A stretch of 32,000 bases of DNA from Candidatus Methylomirabilis sp. (GTDB taxonomy: Bacteria; Methylomirabilota; Methylomirabilia; Methylomirabilales; Methylomirabilaceae). Where the stretch lies: assembly GCF_028716865.1 (NCBI RefSeq), contig NZ_JAQUOY010000006.1:41317-73316 (forward strand), in the 5' to 3' direction. Shown piece after piece: positions 1 through 9,864 of this stretch. The first letter of the stretch is position 1; every line of letters starts with the position of its first letter. A program made the position numbers and the translations under genes. Below the pieces are notes generated by a model. The model had not been told where the DNA came from and did not search any database. It saw only the letters and a list, made by a program, of their open reading frames with translations.

Positions 1-1355
1 GCCTGCTTCAACTGATCAGGATCACCTGCAACGACAACCTCCTCGGCCTCCCGCTGAATGGAAAAGGTCACAGGGTGAGCACTATCGCAACTCTTTTCCA
101 AGAGCGAGACTGACTCTGTGACCAGCGCCACGAGATCGCACCGCTTCTGTAAGGCCAGGGTCGGCTTGGCGAAATCCAGAAACTGTCCTGTCACCAATTT
201 CAATCGCTCAGCCTCGCGAAGAACAATATCGAGTAGTTGAGGCCTGGCCGTCCCAGCTTCCTTGATCAGTTCGATACAGCCGCTGATCGCGGCCAGAGGG
301 TTCCTCACCTCATGCGCCAGTCCGGCCGCCAGTTGTCCCGCCGTCGAGAGCCGGTCGGCCTGACGAAGCTTGGCCTCTGTCTTTTTCCGCTCCGTCAAGT
401 CCTGAAAGATGCCCACGAGACCGACGAGTCTGCCCTCGGACGACTTCAAGGGTGTCAGGTTCACCCCAATCGGGACGGACTGACCATCCTGGCCCAGGAT
501 TGTCAGCTCTTGCGAGCATCCACTGAAGGTGGGCGTGGGGGCAGAGAAGAACGTCTCAAGCTCTTTGATCGCTCCAAAAGGTGTCTCTCGCCAACTTTTG
601 TCTTGTATCTGTTCGGCCGTAATGCCGATGATCCTTTGTGCGCCTCGGTTCATCGATACAATCTTCCCTGCGAGGTCCAGCGTCACGATCCCGCTTGGGA
701 TGTTCTCGATGATATCCTCGTGGAGGGTCCGAAGGTTACGGAGGTCGATCCGTTGTTCTTCCAGCTTGCGACCCGCCTCTTTGAGGCGCTCGGCAAGCTG
801 GCTGCCAAAAAGCGCCACAAGGAAAAAGGCCACGCTGTTGACGAAGAACTGCAAAAGCGCGTATGCGGGATCGTACGCGATGCTCCCCGTAGAGAGGAAT
901 TGCGTCCGCTCCATGAGCCCATAGAGCTGGATGTTAATCAGCGCTCCATAGAGAATGCTGCTTCCGCCGGCAAGCAACAGACTCGACCGTCGGGACAGGA
1001 AGATGGCCGAGGCCAGGACGGGAAAGATGTAGACAAACGCAAAGACGCTCTTGATCCCGCCGGTATAGTGCACCAAGGCAGTGACCAGGACTACGTCGAC
1101 CCAGATCTGTAGGCTACAGAGCCGTCTCAGCCGCGTAGTGCGGTTCAGCGCGAGAAGGTAGAGGATGGTGAGAAGGCAGGCGCAGGCGATGAAGACGAAG
1201 AGGGGAGTAAGCGCGAAGGGGGGATGCTCACGGAGGGCGAGGATGCCTGCTGAGCCCAAAAACAGGAATGCGACGACGAGCCGGAGACCGATCAGCCATT
1301 TGACCTGTCGTCTGAGCGCGACATCATCTGTCGAAAGCGTTTCTGTATTGACCAT
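1..1355 (-). CDS. pilS: PilS-like membrane sensor histidine kinase; 3' end runs off the left window edge, so it is absent from the ORF track
   Basis: Hand translation of the minus strand from the ATG (revcomp of cat at 1353-1355) gives MVNTETLSTDDVALRRQVKWLIGLRLVVAFLFLG.... About six hydrophobic segments are followed by a PAS-like stretch and then the H-box RLSTAGQLAAGLAHEVRNPLAAISG (around 250-350). The frame stays open to position 3 (...FSIQREAEEVVVAGDPDQLKQA). It lies 30 bp downstream of pilC, matching the known pilB-pilT-pilC-pilS order. Confidence 0.8.
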   Translation of the reverse strand, partial: MVNTETLSTDDVALRRQVKWLIGLRLVVAFLFLGSAGILALREHPPFALTPLFVFIACACLLTILYLLALNRTTRLRRLCSLQIWVDVVLVTALVHYTGGIKSVFAFVYIFPVLASAIFLSRRSSLLLAGGSSILYGALINIQLYGLMERTQFLSTGSIAYDPAYALLQFFVNSVAFFLVALFGSQLAERLKEAGRKLEEQRIDLRNLRTLHEDIIENIPSGIVTLDLAGKIVSMNRGAQRIIGITAEQIQDKSWRETPFGAIKELETFFSAPTPTFSGCSQELTILGQDGQSVPIGVNLTPLKSSEGRLVGLVGIFQDLTERKKTEAKLRQADRLSTAGQLAAGLAHEVRNPLAAISGCIELIKEAGTARPQLLDIVLREAERLKLVTGQFLDFAKPTLALQKRCDLVALVTESVSLLEKSCDSAHPVTFSIQREAEEVVVAGDPDQLKQ

Positions 1356-1385
1356 CAGCTATCAGCAGCGGTCAGCCGTCAGCCT

Positions 1386-2597
1386 TCAGCGCCCTATCAC
1401 CGTCACCAGCTTGAAGATGGGCAGATACATCGCCACGATCATACCGCCCACGACCACTCCGAGGAACACTATCAGTATCGGCTCAATCAGGGCGGTCAGA
1501 TTTGCGACCGCCTGGTCGACCTCGGCATCGTAGAACTCGGCAATCTTCTCCAACATCGAGTCAAGCGCCCCCGTCTGCTCCCCGACGCTGATCATCTGCA
1601 CCACCATGGGCGGAAAGACTCCGGACGCCCTCAACGGGTCGGCAATGGTTTTGCCTTCAGCGATGTTCCCGCGGGTCTCTATAATCGCCTCCTCCACAAC
1701 CTTGTTCCCAGCGGTTTTCGCCGTGATATCCAGTCCGTCAAGGATAGGGACACCGCTGGCAATTAATGTTCCCAGGGTCCGCGTGAACCGTGCAACGGCC
1801 ACCTTCCGGAGTAGCGATCCGAATATCGGGGTCCGCAGAAACAACCCATCGATGGCCCTCCTACCCTTCTCCGTTTTATAACTGAACCGGATGCCGACGA
1901 TCCCTGTGATGACGAGGCTGAGGCCGGCCAGGAGATATCTCCGAACGAAGCGACTCACCGCCATAACTATCTGAGTCGGCAGGGGAAGCGGGACCCCCGA
2001 CCCCTCAAAAAATCCTTCAAAGACCGGGATCACGAAGGTCAGTAAGAAGATGACGACGGCGATGGCTACCGTTACGATGGTGCTGGGATAAATCATGGCG
2101 CCTTTGACTTTTCGCCGGAGATTCATGGCTTTCTCGATGTACACCGCAAGGCGGTTCAGGATAGTATCAAGCAGCCCCCCGGCCTCACCCGCCTCGACCA
2201 TGTTGGCGTATAGTGGATTGAATACCGTCGGATGACGTTTAAGGGCTGCCGCAAAGGTCGAACCGCCTTCCACATTCACCCTGATCTCGGTGAGGGTCTT
2301 TTTGAGCTGTCTATTCGGCTGTTGGGAGGCCAGCGTCTCCAGGCACTGCACCAGGGGGAGTCCGGCGTCGATCATGGTGGCAAGCTGGCGGGTAAAAACG
2401 GCCAGGTCCTTCTCCTTTACTCTCCCGCCGAATCCGGGAATCTTGAACTCGATCGACTTAGGCTGGGGCTTGATGGAAATCGGAAAGATCCGTTGTTGAC
2501 GGAGCCCCGCGACCACAGCCTCCGGGGTATTGGCCTCCATCCGCCCGGCAACCACCCGGCCTGTCCGACTTCGTCCGCGATAGACAAAGATCGGCAT
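1386..2597 (-). CDS. pilC: Type IV pilus platform protein PilC (GspF/T2SSF family)
   Basis: 403-aa ORF of typical PilC length with two T2SSF-like halves and hydrophobic segments. The C-terminus ...GGMIVAMYLPIFKL is characteristic. It lies between pilT and pilS. Confidence 0.9.
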   Translation of the reverse strand: MPIFVYRGRSRTGRVVAGRMEANTPEAVVAGLRQQRIFPISIKPQPKSIEFKIPGFGGRVKEKDLAVFTRQLATMIDAGLPLVQCLETLASQQPNRQLKKTLTEIRVNVEGGSTFAAALKRHPTVFNPLYANMVEAGEAGGLLDTILNRLAVYIEKAMNLRRKVKGAMIYPSTIVTVAIAVVIFLLTFVIPVFEGFFEGSGVPLPLPTQIVMAVSRFVRRYLLAGLSLVITGIVGIRFSYKTEKGRRAIDGLFLRTPIFGSLLRKVAVARFTRTLGTLIASGVPILDGLDITAKTAGNKVVEEAIIETRGNIAEGKTIADPLRASGVFPPMVVQMISVGEQTGALDSMLEKIAEFYDAEVDQAVANLTALIEPILIVFLGVVVGGMIVAMYLPIFKLVTVIGR

Positions 2598-2623
2598 GTT
2601 CCCTTACCCCTGCCCCCTAAACC

Positions 2624-3700
2624 CTATACCCTGTTTTTCTGTGCCCGCTGGATCATCTGAGCCAGTTCGTCAGGCATTGAACTCCTGAATAACGCCTCTT
2701 CCAGCGTGATGTTCCGCCTCAAGTAATGCCCAAGGAGCGACTGATTCATCGTCTGCATCCCGAATTTCTCCTGGCCGGTTTGCATCGTGGAGTAGATCTG
2801 ATGGATCTTGTCTTCTCGAATCAGATTGCGGATAGCAGGGTTCGGGATCATGATCTCCAGCGCGAGCACGCGCCCATGGCCATTGCTCTTGGGGATAAGC
2901 GCCTGGCAGAGCACCCCTTCCAGAACGAAGGAAAGCTGGGCGCGGATTTGCGGCTGCTGATTCGAAGGAAAGACGTCGATGATCCGGTTGATGCTTTCCA
3001 CGGCCGAGTTGGTATGCAGTGTCGCGAACGTCAGGTGCCCGGTCTCCGCGATGGTGAGGGCCACGGCAATCGTCTCCTGGTCCCGCATCTCACCGATGAG
3101 AACCTTGTCCGGGTCCTGCCTCAGGACTCTTCTCAGCGCCTCCGCAAACGATCGGGTATCGGAGTGAACCTCGCGCTGATTCACGATGCAGCTCTTATGC
3201 GGGTGCAGGAATTCGATAGGGTCCTCGATGGTGACAATATGCTCATGGCGCTCGCGGTTAATCTTATCAATCATGGTGGCCAGCGTGGTCGATTTCCCTG
3301 AACCGGTCGGTCCGGTGACAAGGATGAGCCCCTTCGGCTTCTCACAGAGATCGGCCACAACCTTCGGAAGACCCAACTCTTCGAAGGCGTGAATAGTGTA
3401 CGGGATGGCCCGAATCGCCATTCCTACGGCTCCTCGCTGAATATAGAGATTGGCGCGGAACCTACTCAATCCCTTGATTCCGAAGGAGAGATCGAGCTCT
3501 TTCTCTTCTTCGAACTGCCGTTTCTGGGCATCGGTCAGGACGCTATACGCCAGGCTTTTCGTTTCTGCCGGGGCAAGCGGCACATCCTTGAGAGGCGAGA
3601 TCAGGCCGTGCAGGCGCAACATCGGTGGGACGCCGGCGGTCAGGTGCAGATCGGAGGCGCCGCGCTCAACCGCCTCCTTCAACATCTCGTGGAGATTCAT
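2624..3700 (-). CDS. pilT: Twitching-motility retraction ATPase PilT
   Basis: 358 aa. Walker A GPTGSGKSTTLA, Asp/His boxes, and the PilT-specific AIRNLIREDK motif are present. Confidence 0.92.
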   Translation of the reverse strand: MNLHEMLKEAVERGASDLHLTAGVPPMLRLHGLISPLKDVPLAPAETKSLAYSVLTDAQKRQFEEEKELDLSFGIKGLSRFRANLYIQRGAVGMAIRAIPYTIHAFEELGLPKVVADLCEKPKGLILVTGPTGSGKSTTLATMIDKINRERHEHIVTIEDPIEFLHPHKSCIVNQREVHSDTRSFAEALRRVLRQDPDKVLIGEMRDQETIAVALTIAETGHLTFATLHTNSAVESINRIIDVFPSNQQPQIRAQLSFVLEGVLCQALIPKSNGHGRVLALEIMIPNPAIRNLIREDKIHQIYSTMQTGQEKFGMQTMNQSLLGHYLRRNITLEEALFRSSMPDELAQMIQRAQKNRV

Positions 3701-3763
3701 AACTCACGCCCTCAACGAGGTGTTCGGGCTGAAGACTGAAGGCTTCAGTCTATCCATGCTGTA

Positions 3764-5461
3764 TTAGAAGAAACTCGTGACCCGAACGACCTCCTCGACA
3801 GTGGTGACACCTTCCCGAATCTTTTGCAGGCCGCTCTCCCTCAGGCTCCTCATTCCATGCTTGGCTTGAAGCGTACGAAGCTCGCCGACGGAGGCGCCAT
3901 TCAGGATCGCCTCCCGCATCTCTTCGTTGAGCAGTACTACCTCGTAGAGGCCGATCCTGCCACGATAGCCGGTGTCACGACAGGCGAGGCACCCCTTTCC
4001 CCGATAGCAGGTTACGGTCTTCGCCTCCTGCGGACTGAAACCGATACTCTCCAGGGTAGAGGCGGGGATCGAGACCTCCTTCCGGCACTCCGCACAGAGC
4101 CGTCGGACCAGACGCTGGGCGAGCAGCAGGTTGAGCGAGGCAGCCACCAGATACGGCGGCGCGCCCATGCTGACCAGTCGCCCCACCGTACTGATCGCAT
4201 CGTTGGTATGGACGGTGCTCAGCACCAAGTGGCCGGTCAGGGCGGCCTTGATCGCGATCTCGGCCGTCTCGAAATCGCGGATCTCTCCCACCATGATGAT
4301 GTCCGGATCTTGCCGGAGAAACGACCTGAGTAAGGCGGCAAAGGTCAGACCGATATCCGACTTGGCCTGAGTCTGGTTGATCCCGGTCAGGTTGTACTCG
4401 ATCGGATCTTCCGCCGTCATGATGTTGGTGCCGATACTGTTGAGCCGGCTGAGCGCCGAATACAGCGTGGTCGTCTTCCCGCTCCCGGTGGGGCCGGTCG
4501 CTAGAATCATACCGTACGGGGCCAGGATAGCCTTCTCAAACATGGCGAGCGCCTCAGGCTCGAATCCGAGTTTGCTCATATCCAACTCGAGGCTCGCGCG
4601 GTCCAATAGTCGCATGACCACCTTCTCGCCGAACAGCGTCGGGACGGTAGAGATTCGAAGGTCCAACTCCCGCTGTCCCATCTTGACCTTGATCCGCCCG
4701 TCCTGAGGCATGCGTCGTTCAGCAATATCCAAACGCGCCATGATCTTGACGCGAGAAGTGACCGCAGCGTGCAGCGTAAGGGGTGGAGACATCACCTCAT
4801 AGAGGACGCCATCAAGTCTGAAGCGTATTCGGAATGTCTTCTCGTAGGGCTCCAGGTGAATATCAGATGCGCCCTTGTTGATCGCGTCGGTCAGGATAAG
4901 GTTGACCAGCTTTACTACCGGCGCATCTTCGGTAGCTCGATATAGCTCGGCCAGATTAATTCCCCTCTGATCCGGCTCAGCGATTCCCAAATCTTTTTGC
5001 TCAAAGTCCTTGACCAGACTTCGGGCGAAACCGGCCGTCTCGTAGTACCTGTTGAGAGCATTCTGGATGGATGTATCCGGGGCGACCATCGGTTGTATGG
5101 TGTGGCCGGTGATGAATCTGACTTCATCGATGGCCACGATGTCGGACGGGTCCGTCATAGCAACCGTAAGGATATTTCCGGACCGGCCTAAAGGGATAAG
5201 CAGGTGTTTCCGAGCGACTTCGGCAGGAACCAGCTTGAGGATAGCGGGGTCGATCGTGCCCCTACTCAGATCAACAGGCGGCACCCCATATTGGCGTCCC
5301 AGGTAGGACGCAATCTGCTCCTCGCTGACATACCCGAGCTTGACGAGAATCGAACCAATCCGTCCGCCGGTAGTCTTCTGCAGCGCAAGGGCCTCATCCA
5401 ACTGTTCGGGCGTGATCAGGTTGGCCCTCACCAGCATCTCACCCAATCGTCCAGGTGGCAT
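3764..5461 (-). CDS. pilB: Type IV pilus assembly ATPase PilB (GspE family)
   Basis: 565 aa. N-terminal GSPII_E_N-like domain (LGEMLVRANLITPEQLDEAL), Walker A GPTGSGKTTTLY, and tetracysteine motif CAECRKE...CLACRDTGYRGR. Confidence 0.92.
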   Translation of the reverse strand: MPPGRLGEMLVRANLITPEQLDEALALQKTTGGRIGSILVKLGYVSEEQIASYLGRQYGVPPVDLSRGTIDPAILKLVPAEVARKHLLIPLGRSGNILTVAMTDPSDIVAIDEVRFITGHTIQPMVAPDTSIQNALNRYYETAGFARSLVKDFEQKDLGIAEPDQRGINLAELYRATEDAPVVKLVNLILTDAINKGASDIHLEPYEKTFRIRFRLDGVLYEVMSPPLTLHAAVTSRVKIMARLDIAERRMPQDGRIKVKMGQRELDLRISTVPTLFGEKVVMRLLDRASLELDMSKLGFEPEALAMFEKAILAPYGMILATGPTGSGKTTTLYSALSRLNSIGTNIMTAEDPIEYNLTGINQTQAKSDIGLTFAALLRSFLRQDPDIIMVGEIRDFETAEIAIKAALTGHLVLSTVHTNDAISTVGRLVSMGAPPYLVAASLNLLLAQRLVRRLCAECRKEVSIPASTLESIGFSPQEAKTVTCYRGKGCLACRDTGYRGRIGLYEVVLLNEEMREAILNGASVGELRTLQAKHGMRSLRESGLQKIREGVTTVEEVVRVTSFF

Positions 5462-5549
5462 GAATCTATCCTTTCCTGCCTAGGGCTAACGCATCACGGC
5501 CAACGCAGTCATTCGCACTAAAATTTTAGATTAGCATACCTCGGATAAG

Positions 5550-6407
5550 TTAAGCAATCGCAGCAACGAGAGCTTGCCGCATCGCCTCCTCCGAAGGCTT
5601 TTGTCCGGTCCACAGCTCGAAAGCCAGAGCGCCCTGATACAGCAACATGCCCAGCCCGCCCAGGACCCGACATCCCCGCTTCTTGGCCTCTCGTAGCAAC
5701 GCGGTCTCCCGTGGCCGATAGATCAGATCGTATACCAGTACCCCGGGCTGAAGGAGGGTCGGGTCGATCGGTGGAGGATCTGAAGGGTTGAGGCCAACCG
5801 ATGTGGCATTAACCACCAGGGCACAGTCTCTCACCATGGCCGGCATTCGAGGATCGTCAAGCCCCAGTCCGATGGCCGAGGCACCGATGTCCCGGTTCAC
5901 ACACTCAGCCAGCAACTGCGCGCGCTCGATGGCCCGGTTGACAATCACGATCTCCTTAACGCCGGCCTCGGCCAAAGTGACGGATACAGCCCGTGCCGCC
6001 CCGCCCGCTCCAAGGATGACCGCAGGCTTCCCGCGCGGGAGAAAATCTGCCTCCTCATGAAGCGATCGGAGAAACCCCTGTCCGTCGGTATTGGCTCCAA
6101 GTAGGCGTCCGCCTCTGGCCACGACCGTATTGATCGCACCTACCGAGGCGGCCTCTGGTGTCAGGGTATCGACCAACGCGACGGCCTGCTCCTTGTGAGG
6201 AAGCGTGACATTCGCGCCGCCGAAGTTTTCCATCCCGCGAAGCGACTCGAACGCGGTTGGCAAGTTCGCGCCCTTTACCCGCCATGGAATATACAGGCCA
6301 TCGATGCCGGCCTCCTGGAGTGCGGCATTCTGCATGGCCGGCGAGAGGCTATGCTCCACAGGATCACCGAAGAGGACGAACAGTTTTGCCGCGGCAGTAA
6401 ACCTCAT
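5550..6407 (-). CDS. aroE: Shikimate 5-dehydrogenase
   Basis: 285 aa. N-terminal GDPVEHSLSPAMQNAA substrate motif and GAGGAARAV NADP-binding loop. Confidence 0.9.
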   Translation of the reverse strand: MRFTAAAKLFVLFGDPVEHSLSPAMQNAALQEAGIDGLYIPWRVKGANLPTAFESLRGMENFGGANVTLPHKEQAVALVDTLTPEAASVGAINTVVARGGRLLGANTDGQGFLRSLHEEADFLPRGKPAVILGAGGAARAVSVTLAEAGVKEIVIVNRAIERAQLLAECVNRDIGASAIGLGLDDPRMPAMVRDCALVVNATSVGLNPSDPPPIDPTLLQPGVLVYDLIYRPRETALLREAKKRGCRVLGGLGMLLYQGALAFELWTGQKPSEEAMRQALVAAIA

Positions 6408-6427
6408 GCAACTATCCAGCTATCGAC

Positions 6428-9223
6428 CTAATTGAACCCCTCCGAAAGCGCATGCTCCAGCGCACGCCTAATCTGTTCTCTCCGCGCCTCATCCATCAGC
6501 TTGCTTCCATCCTTATTGGTGACATAAAAGACGTCCACGACCTGCTCGGCCTCGGTCATGATCTTGGCGGAGCGCAGATCGACGCCGAGTTCCGAAAGCG
6601 TGCTGGAGATGAGGTACAGGAGTCCCAGTCTATCCCGTGTCCGGACATCCAGGACGGTGTACGCCTCCGAGACCACGTTGTCAAACTCCACTTTGGTTGG
6701 GGGCAAGGCGTCCTTGTGGATCGGTTGGACCAGGGCTGCCTTCCTGCGGCTCTTGATCAGGTCACGGACAGCTACCCTGCCCGCGAGAACATCCCGCAGA
6801 TCAGCCACGACCCGATCCCAGACGGTCGCGTCCTCAATGGCCGCGCCGCCCCCGTTGTCGACCCTGAAGTTTCGGATTACCATCCCGCTTGTCAGGGTGA
6901 AAATCTGGGCGCTCAGAATGTTGATCCCGTTTGCGGTGAGTGTCCCCACAACGTGGGCAAACCGCCCGTGGCGGCCATAGGCGCAGAGGGTAAATTCGGA
7001 GTAGCCGGCCAACGGGAATGCCGTCCATTGGCTGGCCGCCTCTTCACCCCGTTGCACGCGCTGGATCAAGCGCATATGCGAGGCAACCTTGTGGAGCGGG
7101 GTCGTCAGCAGGTACCGCGCAGGCGCCTCGTGCAGATGCCTTTTCACCGCCTCCACGCCGAACTCCGGCGACAGTTCCTGGGTGAGCTGGGATTTAACCC
7201 GCTCGGCGCGAGCCAGATCATCCTCGCCCTCCGGGATGCCCCTGGTGAGGATGGTGTGGGTCTTGATGTACAGCTCCCACAGTAGCGTCCCTTTCCATTC
7301 GGTCCAGACGCCTGGTCCGACCGCCTTGATGTCTCCGTACGTGAGCAGGTACAGCATCTTCAGCCGATCGAGCGTTTGCACCTTTTTGGCAAAATCGATC
7401 ACGATGGCCTCATCGTCGAGGTCCAGGCGCTGCGCAATATGTGACATCTCCAGATGGCGCACCACTAAAAAGCGAATGGTATCGGCATCCTGCTCTGGGA
7501 TGCCCATCCTGGCCAGGATCGCCTCGACCAAGGAGGTCCCCTTGGGCACGTGGTCTGGCCCCTCCCCTTTGCCGATGTCATGGAGTAAGAGGGCCAACCG
7601 GAGGATTTCCAACCTCTTCGCATCAGACGCGATCGAACGAAACTCTTCACCGTAAAATCTTGAGACCTCATCCAGGTGTTCGAGGGTCTCGATGGCCAGG
7701 AAGGTGTGCTCATCTACCGTGTACCGATGGTAGAAATCGAACTGGACCAGACGGGTGAGCTTGGCGAACTCCGGCATGTAGCTCCCAAGCACGCCAAGTT
7801 CATGCATGCTCCGAAGCGTCGCGGCCACCCCCTTCGGCTCTCGAAGGATGGCCAGCAAAAAGCCCAGGGCTCGGCTCGATCGCCGCACCCCATCGTCGAT
7901 GAGATGCGTATCGGCTTTAATGTAGTCCTTAATCTCCTGGCTCAGCGTGTATCCCATCTGCTGCGCGTACCAGAAGACCTTCAGCAGCCGGACAGGGTCC
8001 TCCTGAAACAGGCCTCGATTCTTCGGCATCACATGGATGCAGCGATCGATCTCCGTCAGATCGTCGCCGATATCGCGAGCCCTCAGCTTCTGCATCACCA
8101 TCTCTACCTGAGACCTCCCTTGCGTGCAGCGCACGATCAATTGCTGCGACAACTGCAAGATATCCTTTGCAGCCAGATAATACCGCTGCATGAACTGTTC
8201 AACACCGTAAGAGCCGTCCGTGCCCAGGAACCCCAGGTTGGCCGCTACCTGTTCCTGCGTAGACAGCGAGAGCACATCGTTCTTGCCTCGAGAGAGGTAA
8301 TGCAGTTCATTGCGCAGGCGGAGCATGAAATCCAAGGCAAGGTCCCACCGTTCTCTCTCCTCCTGACTGAGAAGCCCTCTCTGCGCCAATTCGGACGGCG
8401 CGCCCGCACGCTGGGTAATCCGGGCAATCCACATGGCAGCGTGAAGATCTCTCAGGCTCCCGGGACCTTCCTTGATGTGCGGCTCTTGCACGTAGATAGA
8501 CGCGCCGTACCGGTAATGACGTTCACGCAATTCCTGAAGCTTTTGCTTGACGAAAGCGGCAGAGTGCTTGTAGAAGACCGACCGTTCCAGCTTGGCGCTG
8601 AACGCCTGATAGATCTCCGGTTTGCCGGCAAGGTATCGGGCCTCCATCATGGAGGTGCGGGAGGTCAGATCCGTCTGGGCCATTCGCACGCAGTCGTCGA
8701 TGGAACGGCAGCAATGCCCCACAACGAACCCGACATCCCAAAGAGTGCTCAACACCGGATGGAGGATCGTATTCAGGTAGGCATCGGCCCTGCGAGGGTA
8801 GACAAACATCAGGTCTACGTCGGAGCCCGGATTCATCTCCCGCCGACCATAGCCGCCCAGCGCAATCAGCGCACAGCCGTCACTGCTACGCCGGAGCACG
8901 GGATCGCAGGCTGCCTCCGCCAGTTGAAAGAGTGAGGTTACCACCGCGTCGGTGAGTGTAGTGATGGATTGAACCACCGCCTGTCCGGTTTCCCCATTCC
9001 GATGGCGCTGAAGAATCCTGGCCTGCTCGTCGGCGATGAACTCTCTGAGGGCTGGAATCAGACCGGCCGCATGGCTCCCCTGCAGTACGGACTGCAGGGC
9101 GCCGGTCAGCGCCGAGAGCTCAACGGAAGCGGCAGGCATGTCGCCGACAAGAGCGGCAGCGCTCGCCCGTCGGTTTCGCAGCAGCGCGAAACGACCCTTC
9201 GCGATGGCTTGAAATCGTTTCAT
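6428..9223 (-). CDS. glnD: Bifunctional [protein-PII] uridylyltransferase/uridylyl-removing enzyme GlnD
   Basis: 931 aa. Nucleotidyltransferase motif LGGYGRREMNPGSDVDLMFVY, HD domain (LLLHDIGKGEG), and two C-terminal ACT-like segments. Confidence 0.9.
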   Translation of the reverse strand: MKRFQAIAKGRFALLRNRRASAAALVGDMPAASVELSALTGALQSVLQGSHAAGLIPALREFIADEQARILQRHRNGETGQAVVQSITTLTDAVVTSLFQLAEAACDPVLRRSSDGCALIALGGYGRREMNPGSDVDLMFVYPRRADAYLNTILHPVLSTLWDVGFVVGHCCRSIDDCVRMAQTDLTSRTSMMEARYLAGKPEIYQAFSAKLERSVFYKHSAAFVKQKLQELRERHYRYGASIYVQEPHIKEGPGSLRDLHAAMWIARITQRAGAPSELAQRGLLSQEERERWDLALDFMLRLRNELHYLSRGKNDVLSLSTQEQVAANLGFLGTDGSYGVEQFMQRYYLAAKDILQLSQQLIVRCTQGRSQVEMVMQKLRARDIGDDLTEIDRCIHVMPKNRGLFQEDPVRLLKVFWYAQQMGYTLSQEIKDYIKADTHLIDDGVRRSSRALGFLLAILREPKGVAATLRSMHELGVLGSYMPEFAKLTRLVQFDFYHRYTVDEHTFLAIETLEHLDEVSRFYGEEFRSIASDAKRLEILRLALLLHDIGKGEGPDHVPKGTSLVEAILARMGIPEQDADTIRFLVVRHLEMSHIAQRLDLDDEAIVIDFAKKVQTLDRLKMLYLLTYGDIKAVGPGVWTEWKGTLLWELYIKTHTILTRGIPEGEDDLARAERVKSQLTQELSPEFGVEAVKRHLHEAPARYLLTTPLHKVASHMRLIQRVQRGEEAASQWTAFPLAGYSEFTLCAYGRHGRFAHVVGTLTANGINILSAQIFTLTSGMVIRNFRVDNGGGAAIEDATVWDRVVADLRDVLAGRVAVRDLIKSRRKAALVQPIHKDALPPTKVEFDNVVSEAYTVLDVRTRDRLGLLYLISSTLSELGVDLRSAKIMTEAEQVVDVFYVTNKDGSKLMDEARREQIRRALEHALSEGFN

Positions 9224-9288
9224 CCTTTACCCCGTAAGTTACTGCTAGTATAGGCGGCCCTGCTGGACAGGGTCAAGGCCAATTAGGG

Positions 9289-9317
9289 TTGACACAGATG
9301 ACTCAAGGGCGTATTTT
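9289..9317 (+). promoter_or_regulatory. Sigma70-like promoter, TTGACA-17 nt-TATTTT
   Basis: Perfect -35 TTGACA at 9289-9294, a 17-nt spacer, and TATTTT at 9312-9317. It sits in the divergent glnD/membrane-protein intergenic region, about 125 nt upstream of the 9442/9448 start. Confidence 0.35.
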
Positions 9318-9441
9318 TCCTACCCGTGTATATCGCATAGATCATGAGGAGCTACGTTGCAAGAGAGGGGGTGGGATAGAAACCTCTCCATCATAATACC
9401 CAATAGTCGGCGAGGCAGCGTAACCAAGCTCTTGAAAGGGG

Positions 9442-9864
9442 ATGACCATGCCAGGACTTCAGCTTGCGATTATCTTCCATCTCGTAGGAATTATCTTCTG
9501 GATCGGCGGTATGGCGGCCAGGCTGATCCTCCTCAATTCTGCCAGGTCCGGCGCCGGCGAAAGCGTACGGTCTCAGTTTCGCCAGCTCCAGCAAGGACTT
9601 CATCGCATGATGGAGATCCCCGGCTCCGTAATGACCCTGCTGGCCGGAGGGTTCCTGATCCATGCCGCCCAGGTCAACTTCCACCTGGCCTGGTTCAGGG
9701 CCAAGATCGCGTTGGTCATCGGTCTGATCGTGATTGAGCTGCTCGCCTCGCGCCAGATCAAGACCTTCAACGTGACCGGCCGAGCGGGGCAGGCCATGGG
9801 GCTCTTTGCAGGCCTCGTTGTCTTCACCCTACTGATACTGATCGCCGTAGTGACCAAATTTTGA
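9442..9864 (+). CDS. Small 4-TM integral membrane protein, HemJ/CopD (UPF0093)-like
   Basis: 140 aa with four hydrophobic helices. The N-terminal FHLVGIIFWIGGM pattern and a later K-I-A-L-V-I-G-L helix resemble my recollection of HemJ/CopD-family proteins. The SD-like AAGGGG favours the second ATG at 9448 as the start. Confidence 0.6.
   Translation: MTMPGLQLAIIFHLVGIIFWIGGMAARLILLNSARSGAGESVRSQFRQLQQGLHRMMEIPGSVMTLLAGGFLIHAAQVNFHLAWFRAKIALVIGLIVIELLASRQIKTFNVTGRAGQAMGLFAGLVVFTLLILIAVVTKF

Noticed and set aside
237-1112. 291-aa plus-strand ORF
   Set aside because: It is an antisense shadow of the minus-strand PilS-like kinase, whose H-box and TM segments read cleanly on the other strand. The composition is Arg/Gly-rich and unlike a real protein, and there is no SD.
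7676-8935. 419-aa plus-strand ORF (also 6452-7285, 7089-7655)
   Set aside because: They lie entirely inside glnD on the opposite strand. They are typical high-GC antisense open frames with no recognisable motifs.
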